A stretch of DNA of 62,411 bases, from positions 1-62,411 of the forward strand of contig JBHLLJ010000003.1 of assembly GCA_048885705.1 (NCBI GenBank), in the 5' to 3' direction. Position 1 is the first letter of the stretch. Each line of letters starts with the position of its first letter. Source of the stretch: Candidatus Hermodarchaeota archaeon (lineage in GTDB: Archaea > Asgardarchaeota > Lokiarchaeia > Sigyniarchaeales > SOKP01). Shown here piece by piece: positions 56,824-62,411 of the stretch. The notes below the pieces were generated by a model. It was given only the letters and a program-made list of their open reading frames with translations. It did not search any database and was not told the DNA's origin. Position numbers and translations under genes: made by a program.

Positions 56824-58664
56824 CTTTTACCGTATACACTCCGTGTTAATTTTAATTCCTCTATTTGATTTAATAGTCTATCTTTTATATTTTCTAATTT
56901 ATCAAAACTTTCGTTAGGAATAGTTCGATTAATTCTTAGAATTTCACTCATTACCTTAAGATTTTTAATTTCTTCAATATAAAATCCTTCTTTAATAAGT
57001 TCCTTGCCTTCTTTATAAACTAAAAGAACAATTTTTATAGATCCTAATAATTTCTTGGTATTAGTATAATTATCAATATCATCGAAAGCGTTTTGAATGA
57101 GAAAACCATTTTTAATCAATTGAGCAATGAAGATAACTAACCTCTGGTCTTCTGGCAAGTTTTCTTCTCCAACAAGTTGAGTAATATACCTTAATTCATT
57201 ATCTTTAGAGAGAATTTCATTTACTTCTTTTCGACACTCAAGCCAATCAATATCAATTTCGACCCAATCAAAATCCCTTTCAAACCACCAATCAGAAATA
57301 TATTCTGGATAATTAGAGTAGGAATTTAGCCAATTAATTGCTGGATAATGCTTTGAATATGCTAATCCTGCATCTAATGACCATATCCCTTGAACAAAAT
57401 TTTTTGTGGTAGCTGTAACAGGTTCGCTAAAGTCTCCCGCGGGTGGAGATACAGAACCAATGATTGTAATTGATCCGATCTTCTCTTTTCTACTATTATC
57501 ACCTCCCAACAATTCAACAATACCTGCTCTTTCGTAGAAACTTGAAAGTTTTGAAGGTAAATATGCAGGGTATCCTTCCTCTGCTGGCATTTCTTCTAGC
57601 AATCCAGAGATTTCTCTAAGAGATTCTGCCCATCTTGAAGTACTATCAGCTAGAACAGCAACATCATATCCCATATCTCTATAATATTCACCTATTGTTA
57701 CTCCTGAAAAAATGCTAGCTTCACGCGCGGATATAGGCATATTTGACGTGTTTGCAATAAGAATTATGCGTTCTAGTAAAGGACGTTTAGTCTGGGGGTC
57801 GATTAATTCAGAGAATTGATCTAATACATCAGCTATTTCATTTCCTCGTTCCCCGCATCCTACAAAGACAATCACATCTGCGTTACACCATTTTGCTAAA
57901 GATTGCTGTATAACTGTCTTGCCTGTCCCAAATCCTCCTGGAACTCCAATTGTACCACCTTTAGTGATTGGGAATAGTAAATCTATTACTCGAATACCTG
58001 TGATTAGAGGTTCATTAGGCATCTTTCTCTCTTTAAATGGTCTGGCTTTATTTACAGGCCATTTTTGTAGCATTGAAAAGGATTTTTCTTTATTACCTAT
58101 TTTTAGCCTATAAATCTCATCTATAACAGTATATTCTCCTTCCTCAGCAATAAAAGATATCTTTCCAGTTATATATGGAGGTATTAATATTTTATGTTCT
58201 ATTCGAGATGTCTCTTGAACAGTTCCTATAACATCACCACCGAATACGGTCTCATTGATGCTCTTCTGTGGTTTGAAATGCCATCTATGTTGCCTTGAGA
58301 TTGGTTCAATTTCTAATCCTCGTTTTAATCCGCCTTCTTTAAAATTATCAAATGCTTTTTGCAGTGGTCTTTGGATTCCATCAAATATCTTACCTAATAA
58401 TCCTGGTCCTAATTCCATTGAGAGAGGTTCATTTAAGCTGATAACCTCATCATTTATTCTTAAATTTGTTGTATTTTCAAAACATTGAGCTACAATATAA
58501 TCAGAATAAATTTGAATGACTTCTCCTAAAAGATTATATTTTGTTACCTTAATTAGATTGTGGAGCTTAATTTGGCGTTCTAATCCTTTAATCCTTATTA
58601 TAGAACCCATTATTGCAGATATATATCCACGTTCAGGGTTTTCATTAGATTTGGATTTGATCAT
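56820..58664 (-). CDS. atpA: A/V-type ATPase catalytic subunit A
   Basis: GPGLLGKIFDGIQRPL, Walker A PGGFGTGKTV, the catalytic motif VGCGERGNE, and ADSTSRWAESLREISG. Confidence 0.9.
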   Translation of the reverse strand: MIKSKSNENPERGYISAIMGSIIRIKGLERQIKLHNLIKVTKYNLLGEVIQIYSDYIVAQCFENTTNLRINDEVISLNEPLSMELGPGLLGKIFDGIQRPLQKAFDNFKEGGLKRGLEIEPISRQHRWHFKPQKSINETVFGGDVIGTVQETSRIEHKILIPPYITGKISFIAEEGEYTVIDEIYRLKIGNKEKSFSMLQKWPVNKARPFKERKMPNEPLITGIRVIDLLFPITKGGTIGVPGGFGTGKTVIQQSLAKWCNADVIVFVGCGERGNEIADVLDQFSELIDPQTKRPLLERIILIANTSNMPISAREASIFSGVTIGEYYRDMGYDVAVLADSTSRWAESLREISGLLEEMPAEEGYPAYLPSKLSSFYERAGIVELLGGDNSRKEKIGSITIIGSVSPPAGDFSEPVTATTKNFVQGIWSLDAGLAYSKHYPAINWLNSYSNYPEYISDWWFERDFDWVEIDIDWLECRKEVNEILSKDNELRYITQLVGEENLPEDQRLVIFIAQLIKNGFLIQNAFDDIDNYTNTKKLLGSIKIVLLVYKEGKELIKEGFYIEEIKNLKVMSEILRINRTIPNESFDKLENIKDRLLNQIEELKLTRSVYGKR

Positions 58665-59373
58665 ATTTTTTCAGATATTCATTGATTTTTGATTTTTGAT
58701 TTTGAATAAAATTATTGAAGTCATTTTCCAATTCTTTAACTTCTGAATCATCTACTATTTTTGACATTTCTTTTTGGATAAATGAAGAATTTTTATTTAT
58801 TAAATTGTCGATTGTGTAATCATAAGATAATAATCCGTTACCCAATGAAATTTTAAATCCTCCAATAAAATCTTCTTGAGCTTTATCTATTTCTATAGTA
58901 TTTCTAAATTGTTCTTGAAATCTTTCGGAATTTTCAAGAAAGTAACTATAATCCTTTGAATTAAATAATACTTCAATTGATTGAGACTTATCTGTGCTAA
59001 TTTCAATTTTCTTAGCGGTATTTAATAAAAATGAGATATAACCTGAATAATTGTCAATAATCTTTTTTTTTATATGATTGAATAAACTTATTTTTAATTT
59101 TTTTATTAATGAATTTTTCAAATTCAGAAATTTTTCTTTTGCTTGTAAGAGGGTTGAAGATAGAGTCTGATTAAGGTATTGATTATAATTTTCTATAAAC
59201 TGCTCTTTTAATTTTTGGGTTCGTTCTTGAATTCTTTCTAAATTCCTTTTTTTAATTTCTGCTTTTTGAAAAAGGGTTTGTCTATTTAATTCATCTATTT
59301 CATTTTGAGCCTTATCAATTAAGTAAAGTCCTAAATTTCCAATTTGTTTTTTATAATCTTTTTCTTCTGAAAT
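58645..59373 (-). CDS. atpE: A/V-type ATPase subunit E (peripheral stalk), apparent ATT start
   Basis: The track ORF starts at the TTG at 59121. The frame stays open 84 codons further upstream (ISEEKDYKKQIGNLGLYLIDKAQNEIDELNRQ...), giving the long N-terminal helix expected for subunit E. It is bounded by TGA at 59380-59382. Confidence 0.65.
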   Translation of the reverse strand: MSEEKDYKKQIGNLGLYLIDKAQNEIDELNRQTLFQKAEIKKRNLERIQERTQKLKEQFIENYNQYLNQTLSSTLLQAKEKFLNLKNSLIKKLKISLFNHIKKKIIDNYSGYISFLLNTAKKIEISTDKSQSIEVLFNSKDYSYFLENSERFQEQFRNTIEIDKAQEDFIGGFKISLGNGLLSYDYTIDNLINKNSSFIQKEMSKIVDDSEVKELENDFNNFIQNQKSKINEYLKKYDQIQI

Positions 59374-59387
59374 TTTAAATCAACTCT

Positions 59388-59711
59388 TTAAGATAAAACG
59401 ATATCTCCAATTGCTTCTAATATCTTATTTATAAGTTTTCCTTCTTTCTCGATATAGGGTTCAAAAACATCAGGAAGGATAAAAATAAATGGATTATTAT
59501 TATTAAGTTTAAAATTTAAAAGAAAGTTTATAATATCATCACTTAAAGACATGGCAATTACAATCATGCCAATTGAAGGTTTTTTTATTAATAGATTAAA
59601 TTCTTCTAAGAATTTCTCTTCAGAATTGATGATTGTACCTTCCAATCCTAAAAGCCCTAACAAAATTACTAAATTTTCTTCGCCCAGAATATGAATTTTT
59701 TGATCTAACAT
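59388..59711 (-). CDS. atpF: A/V-type ATPase subunit F
   Basis: 107 aa. KIHILGEENLVILLGLLGLEG is typical of the N-terminus of subunit F. Confidence 0.75.
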   Translation of the reverse strand: MLDQKIHILGEENLVILLGLLGLEGTIINSEEKFLEEFNLLIKKPSIGMIVIAMSLSDDIINFLLNFKLNNNNPFIFILPDVFEPYIEKEGKLINKILEAIGDIVLS

Positions 59712-60022
59712 TAAAAATCTAATCCTGCTTCAATTATTATTAATTTTTGTAGATTGGGAATATTTTTTTGAAAATCTTTTTCAATTTTCTTAATTGCTTT
59801 ATCTATTTTATCGCTAAATTTTTTACTTTCAGATTCTAAATCTTGAGATAGTTTTAGTAACGCTATATTTATTATTTCGTTCTTTTTATTAATAAAATTC
59901 TCAAATTCTTTTCTCTGCATTTCTCTGAATTGTTCAATATCATTTAAATTAAAATCCTTTGCATTATTTATTAAATCTTCATATACTTTTTCAATATCAT
60001 TTACCCATTTAAATATGTCCAT
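59711..60022 (-). CDS. small coiled-coil protein, probable ATPase peripheral-stalk subunit H/G
   Basis: 103 aa and all-helical. It sits between subunit C and subunit F and overlaps atpF by 1 nt (TAATG). The assignment rests on context and size only. Confidence 0.4.
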   Translation of the reverse strand: MDIFKWVNDIEKVYEDLINNAKDFNLNDIEQFREMQRKEFENFINKKNEIINIALLKLSQDLESESKKFSDKIDKAIKKIEKDFQKNIPNLQKLIIIEAGLDF

Positions 60023-60067
60023 ATTTTTACTCCATCTATTTATATATTTTATCTTTATAGCTGTTTT

Positions 60068-61120
60068 TCATTTTAATAACTTATATTTTTCATATATTAT
60101 GTCTACCAATTTTGGTAAAATGAATAAGCGAATTTCCTTATCTTTTTTAATTAAAACTTCCAAAATTTTGTATATCGCTTGATAATCAATATCTACACTT
60201 TTAATTTCTAAAGACTTGAAATAATAGTCTAAATATATTTTTTCTATTGCCCAAATAAAATGCTCTTGACCAATCGAACCTGTTCTTAATTCCTTTATTG
60301 CAGTTAAATATTGCGTAAGAACTTTAATATACTCGTCTTTGTCTTTTAAATTTATCAGTTCTTTTAATTTTCGTTCATTCATAAATAAGTAATTATCCAC
60401 TAAAAGTTGTGCTAAAAGATTTTTATCAATATTATTTTTTATTCCTCGATATATAAGCCTTAAATTGTAAATCTCAGATATATATTTGATATATGGAGAA
60501 ATCATTACTTTTTCTTTTTGGGTTAGAAATTTAATCTCTTCATTTAAATTATTATAAAAAAGTTGGTCTAAAAAGGCTTCTAAAACAAATATTTCATTTG
60601 TTTTCTTAAAATAAAGAATTCCTTCTCTGATTACTTTATTATAGATAGTTGGTTTCATAAATAGCTGTATTTCTTCTAATGAGGGAATTTCAATTAACTC
60701 TTTCATGAAAGTTGTATTATCTAAGTATTTTTCAACTAACATATTTACCATCAATGATTTCTCATCAATATTCATACGCAGAATTGTTCCAAGTATTACC
60801 CGTTTAATATTCATTATTTCATATTTCATTAAATAATCTTTTAAAAAGATTCTCATGGTTCTCGGACAGATGTAAATTATTCTTCCAATTAGCTTAATAT
60901 AAACATGAAAAAGAGATTTTTCAATTTCTTCTAATGTATTGGATTTAACGGTAAGGGCGGGATAAAAAATGCTTATATATTCAAGAAATTGCTTAATATC
61001 AGTTATTTCTTCTAACTTTTGGAGTGTGTTGTCATCCATTATTAATTGTTTTAAAAAACCAATCTTGATTAAGGTAAATGCGTAGCTTGGAACTTCAATA
61101 GCACTCGTTAAATTCACCAA
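60068..61120 (-). CDS. atpC: A/V-type ATPase subunit C (eukaryotic d homologue)
   Basis: 350 aa and helical. The internally repeated motifs KYEIMNIKRVILGTILRMNIDE and EIYNLRLIYRGIKNNID match the AC39 family pattern (yD..Nik.ilR.k..g). Confidence 0.7.
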   Translation of the reverse strand: MVNLTSAIEVPSYAFTLIKIGFLKQLIMDDNTLQKLEEITDIKQFLEYISIFYPALTVKSNTLEEIEKSLFHVYIKLIGRIIYICPRTMRIFLKDYLMKYEIMNIKRVILGTILRMNIDEKSLMVNMLVEKYLDNTTFMKELIEIPSLEEIQLFMKPTIYNKVIREGILYFKKTNEIFVLEAFLDQLFYNNLNEEIKFLTQKEKVMISPYIKYISEIYNLRLIYRGIKNNIDKNLLAQLLVDNYLFMNERKLKELINLKDKDEYIKVLTQYLTAIKELRTGSIGQEHFIWAIEKIYLDYYFKSLEIKSVDIDYQAIYKILEVLIKKDKEIRLFILPKLVDIIYEKYKLLK

Positions 61121-61148
61121 AAATTAAATATTTATAAATTAATAATCC

Positions 61149-61511
61149 TTATGGAGGTGCGGGTATATTAAACACTAATAATATTGCTATAATCAACCCG
61201 TAAATCGCAATAGCTTCCCCTAGAGCTACAATAACTACTACTTTACCAAAAGCCCCTTCCCTTTCTGAAATGGCTGAAATTGCTGCGGTCCCTACTGTCT
61301 TTATAACATGAGCTGCTGCTAATCCTGAGACCGATATGGCTATTGCTGCAGAAATCGCTAAAATAGGTGTTGTTGGAGAATTATAATAATCAAAATTTTC
61401 AGCTTGGGCGTGAACAAATCCTACTAGACCATTTATAGTTAAAAGGAATACTATGATTAAGATTACTTGGACTATTGCAAGATAAAAGTAAAATTTTTTT
61501 TTACCGTTCAT
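61149..61511 (-). CDS. atpK: A/V-type ATPase proteolipid subunit K (c subunit) with extra N-terminal hydrophobic segment
   Basis: The C-terminal hairpin AISVSGLAAAHVIKTVGTAAISAISEREGAFGKVVVIVALGEAIAIYGLIIAILLV carries the ion-binding Glu (GEAIAIYG). I chose the ATG at 61511; the track uses the TTG at 61535. Confidence 0.75.
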   Translation of the reverse strand: MNGKKKFYFYLAIVQVILIIVFLLTINGLVGFVHAQAENFDYYNSPTTPILAISAAIAISVSGLAAAHVIKTVGTAAISAISEREGAFGKVVVIVALGEAIAIYGLIIAILLVFNIPAPP

Positions 61512-61636
61512 ATATATTACACTTGTATTTATCAAATGAAATTATTATATTAGGGGACAATAATAAAAACTTGCGTATAAATTTTTATATTGCATATTAT
61601 AAGAAATAATGAATACTTTAATTCAAGAAAAAATAA

Positions 61637-62272
61637 TTATTGATAAAGTAATACTCTTATCTCATCAGCAATGTCATGCATTCTATCGCAGAGTTGCTCA
61701 AGTAATACAATGCTATCCCTTAAACGTAAAATTGTTCTTATGTCTAAACTCTCATTAGAATATAAATATTCGAGAAATTGCCTATATATTCTATCAATTT
61801 CATTTTCGAGTTCATGAATCTTCGTCGTATTCTGGAATACTACATCTGTGTTATCTCTCAAGTTTTTAATTGTTGATCTTAAAATATCAGCCATCTCAAT
61901 GGTTTTATTGATTAATTTTTCATATCTTCTTTCTATCTCAGGGTCAATTTTAGGAGTTAATTTAATTTTAGGTAACATATCCACAAATTCTAAGGGATAA
62001 TTAATTACATTGTCCATTTTTAAAATCAAGGAGACAAAATTACCTAAACCTGCTCCTGACTCTGAAAAGTTCTGTATTAATTGAATTTTAATGGCATCTG
62101 CATCTTCTTCAGATAATTGCATTTTATTTTTTTTCTTTTCTAATGATGATTTATTTTTTTCATAATCTTCAGCCCATCTATTATAAAAAACACCCATATC
62201 ACTGAGGACGGAATATATAATCCTTGAATGTTCTATAAGCATTGATATGATTTCTTCTTTTATTTTATTCAT
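61637..62272 (-). CDS. DUF47 (PhoU-like, TIGR00153-type) family protein
   Basis: The C-terminal IHELENEIDRIYRQFLEYLY...LRDSIVLLEQLCDRMHDIADEI follows the DUF47 pattern (lE.eaD.i.r.l...L....eiye.lE...D..ed.a..i). Confidence 0.5.
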   Translation of the reverse strand: MNKIKEEIISMLIEHSRIIYSVLSDMGVFYNRWAEDYEKNKSSLEKKKNKMQLSEEDADAIKIQLIQNFSESGAGLGNFVSLILKMDNVINYPLEFVDMLPKIKLTPKIDPEIERRYEKLINKTIEMADILRSTIKNLRDNTDVVFQNTTKIHELENEIDRIYRQFLEYLYSNESLDIRTILRLRDSIVLLEQLCDRMHDIADEIRVLLYQ

Positions 62273-62411
62273 GAAAATTACATTTAAATTTGTAATTAAG
62301 TCTAATAAATTTATAAAATTAAATCAATAAAAATGATAGTATTTAGAGAAATTTTAATATATTCTTAATTTTATTTATAAGTAAATTCTAAAAGAATTGA
62401 ATATATCTTTT

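Noticed and set aside
56426-58488. Track ORFs 56426..56752, 57919..58113 and 58255..58488 (+).
   Set aside because: They are antisense shadows of atpB and atpA.
50171-58664. The two atpA copies, considered as an assembly duplication artefact.
   Set aside because: The copies differ throughout at both protein and nucleotide level (about one third of residues differ) and have different flanking genes. They are true paralogues.
1-62411. Searched by eye for tRNA, rRNA, CRISPR repeat-spacer arrays, transposases or integrases, and terminal inverted repeats.
   Set aside because: All intergenic spacers are short or extremely AT-rich and lack cloverleaf-like GC stems. I saw no regularly spaced direct repeats. 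No ORF showed DDE, Tyr or Ser recombinase motifs.

Overview
This is an AT-rich (roughly 30% GC by eye), densely coding archaeal chromosomal segment with about 60 genes on both strands. Archaeal hallmarks are RadA, tRNA-splicing endonuclease EndA, an archaeal-type CODH/ACS alpha subunit (CdhA), an MtrH-like methyltransferase, TrpB2 and a complete A/V-type ATPase operon. There are also several eukaryote-signature-like proteins: two Arf/Rab-like small GTPases with extra domains (one fused to a Roadblock/LC7-like domain), a V4R (Bet3/TRAPP-fold) protein, and a vWA protein with two C4HC3 RING/PHD-like fingers. Together these point to an Asgard (Lokiarchaeia-like) genome; that placement is inference. 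Scattered alpha-glucan and sugar-nucleotide genes are present: two GH57 enzymes, and maltokinase-like, PGM-like, GalT-like, NDP-sugar pyrophosphorylase and PfkB kinase genes. I found no rRNA, tRNA, CRISPR array or recognisable transposase. The most notable observations are these. (1) A radical SAM/SPASM enzyme plus a methyltransferase-TPR gene pair is bracketed by two paralogous small single-span membrane proteins with a shared C-terminal motif (46836-50002); this may be an undescribed peptide or protein maturation system. (2) A 16-codon upstream ORF with four Trp codons at strict two-codon spacing sits in a GC-rich island in front of trpB2 (34280-34330); it is a candidate Trp-sensing leader. 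(3) A second ATPase catalytic A-subunit paralogue with GERGNE changed to GEPGNE, together with a small Zn-ribbon membrane protein, is appended to an ATPase operon of unusual gene order. (4) At three loci (atpD, atpE, an OsmC paralogue) conserved N-terminal coding sequence extends upstream of any ATG/GTG/TTG, leaving only ATH codons as possible starts. (5) There are gene-decay or recoding candidates: a GH57 branching enzyme with one in-frame TAA, a PGM-like protein with all catalytic motifs degenerate, and an M24 peptidase remnant.
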